NCBI GenBank assembly: GCA_913052475.1
Contig: CAJXEJ010000007.1
Coordinates: forward strand, 911-64,910
Length of the DNA stretch: 64,000 nt
Origin: an uncultured Dehalococcoidia bacterium
GTDB taxonomy: Bacteria; Chloroflexota; Dehalococcoidia; Lucifugimonadales; Lucifugimonadaceae
Direction of reading: 5' to 3'
Positions within the stretch are counted from its first letter, which is position 1; every line of letters starts with the position of its first letter. The notes beneath the pieces were generated by a model that saw only the letters and a list, made by a program, of their open reading frames with translations, did not search any database and was not told the DNA's origin. The translations under genes and the position numbers were made by a program. Positions 18,323 to 28,847 of the stretch are shown here, one piece after another.

Positions 18323-19006
18323 ATGACCAATCAAAAGTTCCGCGCGGCACTTTTCGATATGGACGACACGCTGATCGACAGGCGTTCGGCGTACGACGAT
18401 GTTTACCGGGTGTTTTACGATCGCCACGAGGCGATTCATAGTACGACAAGTTGGGAAAACGCACTGGAGTTTTTCTGGTCGCTGTCGCCGTCTAATGCCA
18501 CTAACGCCAACACGGCAATTCTTGATATCCAAGAGAGATGGCCCGGCGTCACAGGCGATTCGCAATCGCACTACAACTTCTACTTCACGCACATGGTGAA
18601 ATTCATAAAAGTGCTGCCGGGTGCGATCGATTTCATCGAGTGGATGAATTCGAACACTTCGAAGTGGGGCGTTGTGACTAACGGCGATCAGTTTCAGCAT
18701 CTGAAGGCTGAGACGACCGGACTCGACAGGATCACACCGTTCGTGCTGGCATCGAGGTTGTTTGGAGTAGATAAACCGGCACCCGAGGTGTTCATGGAAG
18801 CTGTTCGGCTTCTGGATATCGAAGGACTAGCGACCGAAGAGATTCTTTTTGTTGGAGATAATCCCTACACCGACATTCTCGGGGCTCACGGCGTTGGGAT
18901 GAAAACCGCTTGGGTGCGAATGGGGCGAGAGAAATATCCAGACGATGCGCCGGCACCTGATTACGTGATCGATCACGTCGAAGAACTGAAGAATGTGTTG
19001 GTGTAG
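18323..19006 (+). CDS. HAD-superfamily hydrolase (subfamily IA-like)
   Basis: Motif I ALFDMDDTLID and motif IV FVGDNPYTDILGA. ATG 18323 is preferred to TTG 18299. Confidence 0.8.
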   Translation: MTNQKFRAALFDMDDTLIDRRSAYDDVYRVFYDRHEAIHSTTSWENALEFFWSLSPSNATNANTAILDIQERWPGVTGDSQSHYNFYFTHMVKFIKVLPGAIDFIEWMNSNTSKWGVVTNGDQFQHLKAETTGLDRITPFVLASRLFGVDKPAPEVFMEAVRLLDIEGLATEEILFVGDNPYTDILGAHGVGMKTAWVRMGREKYPDDAPAPDYVIDHVEELKNVLV

Positions 19007-19175
19007 AACGCGGACACGCGTCCTGAGCGGCAACCGAAGGATCTGAGTCGTGGTGGGCCCGCTGCCCGTTATCCAATCCAACGGTCTACAATTCCGGCGA
19101 AATGGCAGGGCAGAAATAGGTTGTCGAAGAATGACCGCAACATCGCACGCAAGTGATTGAAAGCGAGAGAACGAA

Positions 19176-20204
19176 TTGGTTGGAGTAGCAGTGCTTGGCA
19201 CCGGTCGAATCGGTGGAAGTTATATCGACGTCGTAAACCAAACGCCGGGAGCCGAACTGAAAGTTGTCGCCGAGCAGCGAGCCGAAGCGGCAGCGCCTTG
19301 GGAAGACAAGTATCCGGATGTTGAGTTCGTATCCGACTACAAAGCCGTTCTCGAGCGCGACGATGTCGATATCGTCATCGGCACGCTCCCCCACTGGCTC
19401 CACTATCAGGCGGGTCTCGACTCTGCGAATGCCGGTAAGCATGTGTTCATGGAAAAACCGCTTGCACTCACAGCTGCTGAAGGGCGAGAGATGATCGCCG
19501 CTGCTGCTGCGAACGGTGTGAAGCTCATGACCGCTCATACACAGCGGTACTACCCTGCTGTTCAATCGATGAAAAAACTGGTCGATTCGAAACGGCTTGG
19601 CGAAGTGGTGATGGCCCACGATATGTGGCACAAGGTTTACCAGCCATGGACGCGCCCACCCTGGATGTTGATCGGTTCAAAAGGTGGTGGCATGGGACAG
19701 ATGGACGGCACCCACGAGATCGATCGCTTGATGTGGATCATGGGTGACGACGTCGAGACGGTGAGCGCGCAGATCGGTCAGGTCACCTACCCACGAGCCA
19801 AAAACCCGGATATCGACTGCGACGATACAGCGATGTGCTTTTTACGTTGGAAGTCAGGCAAGGTGGCAACGATTAGTCGAATGGCATGGCGGGTCGGTGC
19901 GACTGAGTATGGCGCTGATTTCTTTTTTACGAACGGTATGGCGAAGTTCCGACTCAAATACGGTCGAGCCGAGGGGCAGGAAACCGCCCTGTGGATTGGC
20001 GATACCGAAGAAGGCAACTGGCAGAAGGAAGAGGTTCGTGAGAACGAGCCACTGCTGGAGGAGTTCACCGAGTTCGTCGAAGCCATTGAGCGGAGAGATG
20101 CCGACACGCCGATTCCACAGGAGCACGGTTTGCGGGTGCTGACGGTATTCGAAGCCACAGAAGAATCGTCTCGAACTGGTCGAGAGGTCAAGATTGACTG
20201 GTAG
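19176..20204 (+). CDS. Gfo/Idh/MocA-family oxidoreductase
   Basis: VAVLGTGRIGG Rossmann start and EKP motif (FMEKPLA). Confidence 0.85.
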   Translation: MVGVAVLGTGRIGGSYIDVVNQTPGAELKVVAEQRAEAAAPWEDKYPDVEFVSDYKAVLERDDVDIVIGTLPHWLHYQAGLDSANAGKHVFMEKPLALTAAEGREMIAAAAANGVKLMTAHTQRYYPAVQSMKKLVDSKRLGEVVMAHDMWHKVYQPWTRPPWMLIGSKGGGMGQMDGTHEIDRLMWIMGDDVETVSAQIGQVTYPRAKNPDIDCDDTAMCFLRWKSGKVATISRMAWRVGATEYGADFFFTNGMAKFRLKYGRAEGQETALWIGDTEEGNWQKEEVRENEPLLEEFTEFVEAIERRDADTPIPQEHGLRVLTVFEATEESSRTGREVKIDW

Positions 20205-21438
20205 TAAGTTCGGTTTCGGGTTTCTAACCTCGAAATTCACCCTGACGAACGTCTACGATTCGGGATTTACGCGTCCGGACAACCGGTTTATTCCGGTCGG
20301 ATCAGACGATCTGATCGATTATCTGGCAAGTGACACTGAAACGTTCGGCGAACAGAGTTCTGCAATCGAGCAAGTCGCCAGTTGGTTGATTCAGATTCTT
20401 GAGCAGGAAAAATCGGCTTTCGAGCGGATTATCACTCGTACGTACGCCCGGATCAATCCCGATCGAGAAACGATCGACGTTCTCAACGGCAATCCTCCCG
20501 GTGATGATGAGTTCTTGTTGCTGAATTCCAAGGTTCAGCACATGCTCGAAAAGGCGAATTTCGAGAAACTTTCTGACGATCAGGTGAAAACGGCCCTCGA
20601 AGCCGGCAGCACGCACGGCATCAAGGTGAAACTTGACGAGGATAGCCTTGAAGAAATGTCGATCTGGGTACGGGGTCGTTCAACTGCGCCGTTTCATCGT
20701 CGAACACTTCGACACCCGATCAAAGGCGAAATAAGCAGTGTGGCGATATTCAATCGACTGGCGCTGATAACTCGTCCGTCCGGCGAAGCTAACGTTCAGG
20801 TGCGCCTTTTCAAAGACATCCCTATTCGCGATGTTGAAGCGTTGCTGCCGAATGCCAACGTGAGTATGGGCTTGCGAGACGCCGCAATGATGATCGGTAG
20901 CGGTGCTGGTGCGGTTTGGACGTTGGTGGCGAAGGTACTGGCAGTGGGCCTAGTGGCTGCGAGTCAACTGCTTTGGATAATTGCGCTACCGCTAGTCGGG
21001 CTTTTCTGGAAGATTTTCTCTGGATATCGACGTGCGATCAAAGATCGCGACTCCAATCGAGCGAAGCATCTGTATTTCCAGAGTTTGGGCGCAAATCGTA
21101 GTGCGATTCACTTGATTTCGTTCATGATCTGTGAAGAGGAAATCAAGGAGGCGGTGCTTATTTACGCCTTCTGCCTCGATGTCGAAAACGACGGGCGAGC
21201 AATGTCTGAATCAGCAATCAAGAGTGAAATAGAAACGTACTTGAAGAAATTGACCTCGAGCGAAGTCGATTTCGATATCGACGATGCTATCGAGACGCTT
21301 GATCGACTGGGTTTGTGGAAAGATCGTGCCGCTTTGCAGGTAATCGGCATCGACGAGGCGTCGGACAAGCTCGAATCGCACTGCCAACAAGGGTTATCTC
21401 GCGATTATCACGCCGATTTGTTGGGCATTGCAGAGTAA
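20194..21438 (+). CDS. TMEM143/DUF3754-like membrane protein
   Basis: NRFIPVGSDDLIDYL ... YARINPDRET N-terminal pattern, plus two adjacent hydrophobic helices (AMMIGSGAGAVWTLVAKVLAVGLVAASQLLWIIALPLVGLFWKIF) followed by HLYFQSLGANRS. The family assignment is from memory. Overlaps the upstream gene by 11 nt. Confidence 0.55.
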   Translation: MTGSKFGFGFLTSKFTLTNVYDSGFTRPDNRFIPVGSDDLIDYLASDTETFGEQSSAIEQVASWLIQILEQEKSAFERIITRTYARINPDRETIDVLNGNPPGDDEFLLLNSKVQHMLEKANFEKLSDDQVKTALEAGSTHGIKVKLDEDSLEEMSIWVRGRSTAPFHRRTLRHPIKGEISSVAIFNRLALITRPSGEANVQVRLFKDIPIRDVEALLPNANVSMGLRDAAMMIGSGAGAVWTLVAKVLAVGLVAASQLLWIIALPLVGLFWKIFSGYRRAIKDRDSNRAKHLYFQSLGANRSAIHLISFMICEEEIKEAVLIYAFCLDVENDGRAMSESAIKSEIETYLKKLTSSEVDFDIDDAIETLDRLGLWKDRAALQVIGIDEASDKLESHCQQGLSRDYHADLLGIAE

Positions 21439-21442
21439 GGGG

Positions 21443-21710
21443 ATTCTCACATTCAAAGTCGTTTTGTTCGACCTCGACGACAACCTGATTCCATACCATT
21501 TACGACAGCTTTGGATGCACTTGGGATTGAACCTACAGAAGCAGTGATGGTCGGCAAATTGTGGAGCAGCAATATTCAGGTGCAGCGAATCTAGGAATGG
21601 CGTCAATCTGGGTCAACCCAGATCGGAACCAGCGACCAGATTCGAGAAATCCGCCAACGTACGAGATCGACTTGTTGTCCCAAATGCCCAAGATATTGGG
21701 ACAGATTTAG
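21443..21710 (+). pseudogene. Remnant of a HAD-IA hydrolase (internal deletion plus frameshifts, no start codon)
   Basis: Motif I KVVLFDLDDNLIPY is followed after ~10 codons, in another frame, by ALDALGIEPTEAVMVG. A third frame then gives GAANLGMASIWVNPDRNQ...ILGQI*. The ~120-codon cap/motif II-III region is missing. Confidence 0.5.
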
Positions 21711-21722
21711 GCGATATAGCTC

Positions 21723-22466
21723 CTAAACGCCTATTCCGCCTTGAACGATCTTTTCGTCGCGGACGATGTCGCCTAGTGCGAGGGTGTGTGACGAGTCGTT
21801 GATTGTTCCGATGTGCCAACCAAGTTTGCCGAAACGGAAACGACTGATAGAGCAGTTGAAGATGTCAGTGCGCATCGCAAGTCGGTTGTCCATGCCTGTG
21901 ATGTAGTGCAGCAGTGCCCGCATCGTGTCACCGTGGCTGACGATTGCGATCGGGTGTGTGCCGGGCTTCTGGTACCAATCTTTGTTGTACAGAATTTCAT
22001 CTTCGAGCCAGTTCGAGGCACGACGTTCAACCCAACGCATCGTTTCGCCGTCGGCCGCTTTGAAGTATTTGCCTTTTTCGGCCATCAACAGGCGTACTTC
22101 GGTAGGCATAACGTCCTTGGCGAGCTTTCCTCTCCATGCCGGGGTTTGCTTCTCGATTATGGCGTCGACCTGTTCGTATTCGGTGCCTTCGAGTCCCATA
22201 CCACGCAGCACACCTTCGGTCGTCTGCTTTGCTCTAACGAGTGACGACGAGAAGATCTTCTCGAACTTCACGCCCTCTTCGCCCAGCCTTCTGCCGGCTG
22301 CCTCGGCCTGCTGGTGGCCTCGATCGGTCATCGGCGCATCGAAGTTCTCGCCGGCTGCAATGCCCGGCGTGATGTTTGATATCGATTCGCCGTGCCTGAT
22401 GAAGTAAAAATCGAATTCGACGTTGTCGTGAATCAACTCTAGAGTCTCCCGATGTACTGATCGCAA
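21723..22466 (-). CDS. Histidine phosphatase (phosphoglycerate mutase-like) family protein
   Basis: FYFIRHGES (RHG catalytic motif) and a later SHG. Confidence 0.85.
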   Translation of the reverse strand: MRSVHRETLELIHDNVEFDFYFIRHGESISNITPGIAAGENFDAPMTDRGHQQAEAAGRRLGEEGVKFEKIFSSSLVRAKQTTEGVLRGMGLEGTEYEQVDAIIEKQTPAWRGKLAKDVMPTEVRLLMAEKGKYFKAADGETMRWVERRASNWLEDEILYNKDWYQKPGTHPIAIVSHGDTMRALLHYITGMDNRLAMRTDIFNCSISRFRFGKLGWHIGTINDSSHTLALGDIVRDEKIVQGGIGV

Positions 22467-22838
22467 GCCGAAAAAACCGGCAGACGAACAGTATCACTCC
22501 CTGAACATCGAATGTGTTGTTGATGAGAGACCTATGGAATCAAGAATGCTGGTTCCCTGAGAACGAGATTGCCATGAACAGTAGTTGGAAGTTCAGGTGG
22601 GGTTTGATTTCGAGTTGCACTGTTGATGCATACTCAACTCGCTATCTGGTACGTAAAAACGACCGTTGTTGGGCTTCAAGGGGAACGTCATGAATGAGGT
22701 GAAAACGGCTATCGTTGAGTTCGGATACTATTACGCTCAGCGCACGAGTGCACAACTATTGGCCTTTGCCTAACGGTTCATGACGCTGAGCACCTGTACG
22801 ATGCCTACACACGAATATCAGTCACCTAAGAGGACAAC

Positions 22839-23669
22839 ATGAACCCAGCTGATCTGAAAGCTGCACTAAAAGCTAAGAAACCCGTATTTGGATTTATGGT
22901 CTCCGCCACCTCAAGTATGCGCTGGGGGCGAGTGTTTGCTGGTAGCACTCTCGATTTCGTTGTGATCGACTCAGAGCACGGATCACGTGACCGACAGTTG
23001 ATTGCCGACACGGTTGCGCAGATGCAGTCGCTCGATATCACCGCAATCGTTCGAACACCCAACACGGAAGAAGTGTGGGTTGCGATGGCTCTCGATGCCG
23101 GAGCAGACGGCGTATTGGTTCCCTACTGCGAGACGGTGGACGAAGTTCGACACACCTGCATGAAACTTCGAACCCACCCGTTGAAGGGTGAGTACTACGA
23201 ACGAGTAGTAGAGACAGGGGAGTACCCGAGCGCGAAGTCTGAGGCGTATTTGAACGCACGCCACAAAGACCAGATCTTCATCATGGGCATTGAGAGTGAA
23301 CCGGCAGCGAACCGGGTCGAGGAGCTCATCGATTGCGCACCGATCGATGCGGTGTTCATTGGTCCCAACGATATGACTACGTCCCTGGGCATTCCGGATG
23401 AAGTGGATAACCCGATTTACCTCGACACTTTGAGCAAGGTAATTGGCGAGGCCGACAAGCGCGGGTTGCCAACGATGATTCACCAGCAGACAATCGAGGC
23501 ATCGACGACAGCTATTGATCTGGGTGCACGATTTATCATGCACTCGTCCGACTCTGGCATCCTGCTGCGAGGGACTCAGGACGAGTTTGCTGAACTTCGA
23601 GAGATTGCTGGAAAAAAGCACGGCGGTGTTGTTTCAGTCGAGGCAGAGGACACACTCGACGTCGTTTAG
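22839..23669 (+). CDS. HpcH/HpaI-family 2-keto-3-deoxy-acid aldolase
   Basis: DFVVIDSEHG, ALDAGADGVLVPY and FIGPNDM motifs. Confidence 0.85.
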   Translation: MNPADLKAALKAKKPVFGFMVSATSSMRWGRVFAGSTLDFVVIDSEHGSRDRQLIADTVAQMQSLDITAIVRTPNTEEVWVAMALDAGADGVLVPYCETVDEVRHTCMKLRTHPLKGEYYERVVETGEYPSAKSEAYLNARHKDQIFIMGIESEPAANRVEELIDCAPIDAVFIGPNDMTTSLGIPDEVDNPIYLDTLSKVIGEADKRGLPTMIHQQTIEASTTAIDLGARFIMHSSDSGILLRGTQDEFAELREIAGKKHGGVVSVEAEDTLDVV

Positions 23670-23788
23670 CACTCACAGGGGGCTTTTTTTATTTTCGCCG
23701 CTGTTGTGGAATCAGAGCGAATGACAGTGCCGATCGTGTGGTGCGATTTGACGTGACCGTGTCAGTAGAAAAATTCCGCACTACGGCT

Positions 23789-24520
23789 CTAGCTCAGCGT
23801 GAACTTGTGGAAGGATTCGGCGTAGTCGGCGTTGATCTTCTTACCGATGTCGGCGCGACGTTGTTTCATCCACTTTCCAGCCTCTTCGGGATTGCTCACC
23901 TGGCTTACGTGGCCCTTGAGTGCTGCGATCGACGTGTCGACATCCTGTTCGGTCAGCGGGTTCCAGAAATTAGCGTTCTCGCCAAAGCTCATTACCCAGA
24001 CTTCGCGCACCTTGTGTGGCTCGAGACCCTCGTCGTAGAACAGTTCCGGGAACGTCAGGTGGTCTCGTGCTGATGGAAAGACCGCTGAAAGCGCAGCTTC
24101 GCCTGCAGCGAAATGATCGGGGTGGCCAATGTAAGACGCGCTCAGTAAATCACGAGTTGGGCTGACAGTGATGAGCACATCGGGTTTGTGCTTCCGAATA
24201 TGGCGAGAAATATCACGGCGCAAATCAAGACTTGGTTCGAGATATCCGTCGGGGTAGCCGAGGAATTCGACGGTTTTCAGACCGAGCGTTTTTCCGGCGG
24301 TTCGCTGTTCTTCGGCACGGATTTCAGCGAGTTGTTCTAAGGAAATATCTCGATCTTCAGTTCCCTTTGAGCCGTCGGTGCAGAGCACGTAGACGACTTC
24401 CCATCCTAAACGGCACCACTTGGCGACACTTCCGGAGCAACCGTACTCGGCGTCATCGGGATGGGCAGTGACCACCATAGCTCGCTTGAAATCGTCGTTC
24501 GAACCGTCACCAGTAGTCAT
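23789..24520 (-). CDS. PIG-L (LmbE-like) family N-acetylglucosaminyl deacetylase
   Basis: VVTAHPDDAEYGCSG and a later HPDH. Confidence 0.85.
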   Translation of the reverse strand: MTTGDGSNDDFKRAMVVTAHPDDAEYGCSGSVAKWCRLGWEVVYVLCTDGSKGTEDRDISLEQLAEIRAEEQRTAGKTLGLKTVEFLGYPDGYLEPSLDLRRDISRHIRKHKPDVLITVSPTRDLLSASYIGHPDHFAAGEAALSAVFPSARDHLTFPELFYDEGLEPHKVREVWVMSFGENANFWNPLTEQDVDTSIAALKGHVSQVSNPEEAGKWMKQRRADIGKKINADYAESFHKFTLS

Positions 24521-24621
24521 GTACTACCGACCCCTATGAGAAGAACTAGAAGAAGAAAACGCGCCGCAACAATCGCGCGCAGTCGAAAATTCTAGCACCT
24601 ATAATCGGAATTCTACGTTCG

Positions 24622-25356
24622 TTAACCGAGGTGTCGCGACACGAACTCGGTCACGGATTTAACTGCGGGTTTTGAGGAAAAAAATGTGCTGTCATGATCG
24701 GTATCTGGAAACGCCGAGAGTTCAAATCCGTATTTTTCGGAGGATAGCTTTGCGTTGGCGAAGTGACCATCATCTTCTCCGCAGAACAGAAGAGTCGGTG
24801 CCGAGTGTTTGCACATCCTTCCCTTTGCGCCGCGCCACCACAGCAGGGCTTCGTGCGAAGCGGCGAGTGCCAGCGGATCGTTTCCAGGTCGATCGCCATC
24901 CGGCTGCTCAACCGACTTTGCCCTGCCCGAGCGGAGCACCTTGATGTGACGTTCAAAGCGGTTCGCATTTTCCGTGGCAGGTAGCAGGTGCATTCCACCG
25001 ATAGCCAGCATCCTCAGTCGCTCAGGAGTTGACGCTGCCAGTTCAAGGCCGGTTCGCCCCCCCATCGAAAAACCGACATATCCGAATTGTTCTGTTGAGA
25101 ATTCGTCAGCTAGGGCGTTAACTACTTCGGCCCGTTGTTCGACGGTGTGATCGGCGGGATCGTGCGTGCGAGTGGAAAGACCATGGCCAACCGCATCGAA
25201 GATAAGCACGCTGGCGTGTTTTTCAAGCGATTCGATCCAACCACCACGATTCCAGTCTCGGCCCCACGCTCCAAAACCGTGATGAAGGATCAGCAATGGT
25301 CCGGAACCAGAGATTTCGTAATTAATTTCAAGCGAACCGAACTTCATTGTTGGCAT
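24622..25356 (-). CDS. Alpha/beta-fold hydrolase
   Basis: LILHHGFG oxyanion region, GFSMGG nucleophile elbow and a C-terminal DHD. Confidence 0.85.
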   Translation of the reverse strand: MPTMKFGSLEINYEISGSGPLLILHHGFGAWGRDWNRGGWIESLEKHASVLIFDAVGHGLSTRTHDPADHTVEQRAEVVNALADEFSTEQFGYVGFSMGGRTGLELAASTPERLRMLAIGGMHLLPATENANRFERHIKVLRSGRAKSVEQPDGDRPGNDPLALAASHEALLWWRGAKGRMCKHSAPTLLFCGEDDGHFANAKLSSEKYGFELSAFPDTDHDSTFFSSKPAVKSVTEFVSRHLG

Positions 25357-25466
25357 TCGATGATTCTAATTGCTTTGACAACGCGTTTTTGGTCCGGACG
25401 AATGTAAAATCGTTCAGTCGTCCATCGGCGGTCGTACTAATAGTCTTCAGTTGGAGCGTCAAATCA

Positions 25467-25973
25467 ATGGCAAATCCGCTCGTTTCGGTGATCATGGGTA
25501 GCACTTCGGACCTTCCGACGATGCAGCACGCGGCCGACATGCTTGAAGAGCTTGGGGTTCCACACGAGATTCGTGTTGTTTCGGCCCACCGTACGCCTGA
25601 TCTCATGTTCAAGTTCGCCGAAGAGGCGAAAGATCGCGGAATCAAGGTCATCGTAGCCAGTGCTGGTGGAGCCGCCCACCTGCCGGGAATGACAGCCGCG
25701 AAGACGATCCTTCCGGTGATCGGCGTTCCTGGCGTAGGGCCTCACCTCGACGGCATGGACTCGTTGTTGTCGATGGTGCAGATGCCACGCGGCTACCCGG
25801 TTGGGACGGTCGCAATTGGCGAGTGGGGAGCTGTGAACGCGGGGATTCTGGCAGCTCAGATCGTCGGACTTAGCGATCCAGCGATTCAGCAGAATATCGA
25901 AACCCGACGCGCTCGAATTACCGCCGAGATCGAAACGGTTACCTACGTGAAGTCCGAAGGCAGCGGCGAGTAA
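25467..25973 (+). CDS. purE: N5-carboxyaminoimidazole ribonucleotide mutase
   Basis: [14 protein letters not shown]...VVSAHRTPD...[14 protein letters not shown] 25467 is used because the longer ORF start at 25347 overlaps the neighbouring gene. Confidence 0.9.
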   Translation: MANPLVSVIMGSTSDLPTMQHAADMLEELGVPHEIRVVSAHRTPDLMFKFAEEAKDRGIKVIVASAGGAAHLPGMTAAKTILPVIGVPGVGPHLDGMDSLLSMVQMPRGYPVGTVAIGEWGAVNAGILAAQIVGLSDPAIQQNIETRRARITAEIETVTYVKSEGSGE

Positions 25974-25976
25974 TTA

Positions 25977-27140
25977 ATGCAACGAGAATCACTTCTGAAC
26001 CCCGGTTCGACTATCGGAATCATTGGGGGCGGTCAGTTGGGCCGAATGCTCGCTATCTCTGCGCGCCAGATGGACTACAAGACCATCGTGTTGGACCCGG
26101 ATTCAGGATGCCCAACCGGTCAGGTCGCTGACGGTCAGATCGCTGAGGCGTATTCGAATCGTGGCGCATCACGCGAACTTGCTCGCTCGTCTGATGTAGT
26201 CACCTATGAGTTCGAGAATGTTGATGCTGATTCGGTATCAGATGCCGCTGAACTGGTGTTGGTGCACCCTTCGGCTTCGGTATTGCGTACAACTCAGCAC
26301 CGATTGCACGAGAAGAACGCTTTGCTCAAAGCAGGTGTATCGGTTGCACCGTTCCGAAGCGTCGAATCGCTCAGTGATTTGGAGGCTGCCGGCGTCGATC
26401 TCGGATTTCCGATGATTCTGAAGACAGCTACGCAGGGCTACGATGGCAAGGGGCAGGCCATCATTACTCGTCAGGAGGATATCGAGCCTGCATACGAATT
26501 GCTCAGCATCGGGCCCGCCGAACTGATTGTCGAGCAGTACGTGCCGTTCGCGATGGAGATATCGACAATTTGCGCTCGTACCGTCGATGGTCAGACTGCG
26601 ACGTTCCCACCGTCGGAAAATATTCATCGAAACCACATTCTTGATATTTCAATTGTCCCGCCGAGAATCCCTGACAGTGTGATAGAAAACGCTCGATTGC
26701 TGGCCGCAGATATCGCGTTACAGTTGGAAGTGGTTGGGCTTATCGCGGTTGAAATGTTCGTCACCAATGAAAATGAACTGCTGGTCAACGAGCTTGCCCC
26801 GCGCCCCCACAACTCCGGGCATTACACGATGGATGGCTGTGATACTTCACAGTTCGAGCAATTAGTGAGGGTGCTGGCAGGATTACCAGTTTCTGAGCCG
26901 AAACTTCACTCGCCGACCGTCATGGTGAATCTGATGGGCGAAATTTGGGAAGATACCGGCGGGAATCCCGATTGGGCGGGGGCGCTTGAAATGCCGGGCG
27001 TTAGTCTGCACCTGTACGGGAAGTCGGAAGCGAGGTTGGGTCGCAAAATGGGGCACATCAACGTTGTTGCCGATACCGTCGAGGATGCGCTGTATATCGC
27101 CACAGAAGCCCGTGACCGGGTGTGGCGTCGCACGAAGTAG
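25977..27140 (+). CDS. purK: N5-carboxyaminoimidazole ribonucleotide synthase
   Basis: IGIIGGGQLGRM ATP-grasp N-terminus. Lies 3 nt after purE. Confidence 0.9.
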   Translation: MQRESLLNPGSTIGIIGGGQLGRMLAISARQMDYKTIVLDPDSGCPTGQVADGQIAEAYSNRGASRELARSSDVVTYEFENVDADSVSDAAELVLVHPSASVLRTTQHRLHEKNALLKAGVSVAPFRSVESLSDLEAAGVDLGFPMILKTATQGYDGKGQAIITRQEDIEPAYELLSIGPAELIVEQYVPFAMEISTICARTVDGQTATFPPSENIHRNHILDISIVPPRIPDSVIENARLLAADIALQLEVVGLIAVEMFVTNENELLVNELAPRPHNSGHYTMDGCDTSQFEQLVRVLAGLPVSEPKLHSPTVMVNLMGEIWEDTGGNPDWAGALEMPGVSLHLYGKSEARLGRKMGHINVVADTVEDALYIATEARDRVWRRTK

Positions 27141-27165
27141 TCCCCTCTGGCACCGCCAACTGAAT

Positions 27166-27945
27166 CTATTCTTCGTTTGGCCGTTTGAACTGGGCGCTGA
27201 CGTCGACGTGTTTGCCGACTTCGGTTAGCTCGATCTCGCCGTTATGAACTGTGTAGATCTTATCGGCTAGGTCGAGAAGCGTGCGGTCGTGCGTCGTCGC
27301 AACGATCGACATGTCCTCTTCACTCACCATCTGTCGGAACAGGCCGAAAATCTCAGCGGCGTTTACCGAGTCGAGTTCGCCGGTAGGCTCGTCTGCAAGA
27401 ATCACGTTTGGCTTCATGGCAACGGCGCGAGCGATAGAAATTCGCTGTTGCTCACCACCGGATAGTTCGTATGGACGGTGCTTTGCTCGTCGGCCAAGGC
27501 CAACGATATCGAGCACTTCGTTTGTGCGCTTTGATCGCTCCGATGCGCCAATTCCTGCAATTCGCATTGGTAGCTCAACGTTTTCGTAGGCGGAAAGTAA
27601 CGGCAGTAGCGCGAATGACTGGAACACAACACCAATGCGATGCCTACGAAGCCGAATGAACTGCTTTTCGCTGAAATTCGCCATGTCGTCACCCTCGAAA
27701 TACACCTGACCCGAAGTCGGATGATCTAAACCTGCCAGCATGTTTAGCAGCGTGGTCTTGCCAGAACCGGAACGGCCCACCAGAGTAATGAACTCGCCGA
27801 TTCGAATATCGAGATCGACTCTGCGAACTGCATGAACGATTTCGCCAGCCAGTTCGTATTCGCGTGAAGCACCAACCGCTTGAATAATAGGGGCGGTGGC
27901 ACCGCGTTCGTCTCGTGCAGTTATTTGCTCAGTCGCCTGACTCAA
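27166..27945 (-). CDS. ABC transporter ATP-binding protein (MacB/LolD/FtsE-like), ATPase 2 of the operon
   Basis: Walker [10 protein letters not shown], signature LSGGEQQR and Walker [12 protein letters not shown]. Confidence 0.9.
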   Translation of the reverse strand: MSQATEQITARDERGATAPIIQAVGASREYELAGEIVHAVRRVDLDIRIGEFITLVGRSGSGKTTLLNMLAGLDHPTSGQVYFEGDDMANFSEKQFIRLRRHRIGVVFQSFALLPLLSAYENVELPMRIAGIGASERSKRTNEVLDIVGLGRRAKHRPYELSGGEQQRISIARAVAMKPNVILADEPTGELDSVNAAEIFGLFRQMVSEEDMSIVATTHDRTLLDLADKIYTVHNGEIELTEVGKHVDVSAQFKRPNEE

Positions 27946-28807
27946 GTGTCACTCTTCCGTCTTTCGTGTCTACTCGAACTCGGCGTCCGATGTTTAGTTC
28001 GTCGAGCATCTCACGCGGGATCTGCACGGAACCTGCCGAATCGATAAGCAGGAACTCTTCGGTATCCGTTGCATAGCCACCGAGTTTTCGTTCGAATGAA
28101 ACTTCTCGAGTTGTTTCGGTGCTGGTTTTACCGTCTTTAATGGCCACTGCCCGCCCAACGCTAGTTGCGATAGCCGGGTCGTGAGTAACGATCACGATGG
28201 TCGTACCGAGATCCTGGTTGAGCTTGTTCAGCAGTTTGAGAACCTCTTCACCGGTCTTGTCGTCCAACTCACCGGTAGGCTCGTCAGCGAGCAACAGAGG
28301 TGGCTGGTTCGATAGACCAACGGCAATGGCAACTCGCTGTTGCTCACCGCCGGAGAGTTGGGCTGGTTTGTGATTGGCTCGATCCGCAAGCCCTACGACA
28401 TAGAGAAGCTCTTCCGCTCGTTTCTTGCGCTCGGGGCCGGGTGCACCTGAAATGACCATTGGTAGTTCAACATTTTCGAAGGCTGTCAGGTACGGGAACA
28501 GGTTTCGCGAGGTTTCTTGCCAGATGAACCCAACTTCGTGCCGGCGATACTCGACGACCTCTTTGTTGGTCATCTGAAGCAGATCGTATTCGCCAACTCG
28601 GATTGTTCCGGCTGAAGGGGCGTCGTATCCAGCGAGGATGTTCAGCAGTGTCGATTTACCACTACCTGACGCACCGACAATGGCGATAATTTCACCTTGT
28701 TTTACGCCCAGTTCAAGACCGCGCAGTGCCACTACTTCAAGATCGGCAGCTTTGTAGATCTTGAACAGTCCGCTGCACTCGATGTAATTAGAATCCGGTG
28801 TTGTCAC
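27929..28807 (-). CDS. ABC transporter ATP-binding protein with a ~65-aa C-terminal extension, ATPase 1 of the operon
   Basis: [17 protein letters not shown] and [11 protein letters not shown]. An extra C-terminal segment follows: ...[43 protein letters not shown]. Confidence 0.9.
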   Translation of the reverse strand: MTTPDSNYIECSGLFKIYKAADLEVVALRGLELGVKQGEIIAIVGASGSGKSTLLNILAGYDAPSAGTIRVGEYDLLQMTNKEVVEYRRHEVGFIWQETSRNLFPYLTAFENVELPMVISGAPGPERKKRAEELLYVVGLADRANHKPAQLSGGEQQRVAIAVGLSNQPPLLLADEPTGELDDKTGEEVLKLLNKLNQDLGTTIVIVTHDPAIATSVGRAVAIKDGKTSTETTREVSFERKLGGYATDTEEFLLIDSAGSVQIPREMLDELNIGRRVRVDTKDGRVTLESGD

Positions 28808-28847
28808 TTCGCGTCACCCTTAATTGATGAGCGATTAGTTCGGTTGA

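Noticed and set aside
22983-23621. 212-aa minus-strand ORF
   Set aside because: It lies entirely inside and antisense to the HpcH aldolase gene, which carries clear family motifs. The same reasoning applies to 59567..60124 (antisense to uxuA), 19086..19631, 49397..49894, 2877..3332, 26238..26636 and the many short ORFs inside the cox, ABC and enolase genes.
23670-23705. T-run (GGGGGCTTTTTTTATTTT) after the aldolase gene as an intrinsic terminator
   Set aside because: I could not find a convincing complementary stem immediately upstream of the T-run.
25347-25466. N-terminal extensions offered by the ORF track for purE (also 41419..41526 for the CoA-transferase, 46403..46456 for coxII, 11125..11223 for the aminotransferase and 18299..18322 for HAD)
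   Set aside because: The extensions overlap neighbouring genes or terminator-like structures and add non-homologous residues ahead of canonical family N-termini. Internal ATG starts were chosen instead.
25357-25466. Possible purine or ZTP riboswitch upstream of purE
   Set aside because: I looked for the conserved purine-riboswitch junction and for the ZTP CCGCCTGGGCA-type element and found neither. No stable leader fold is evident by eye.
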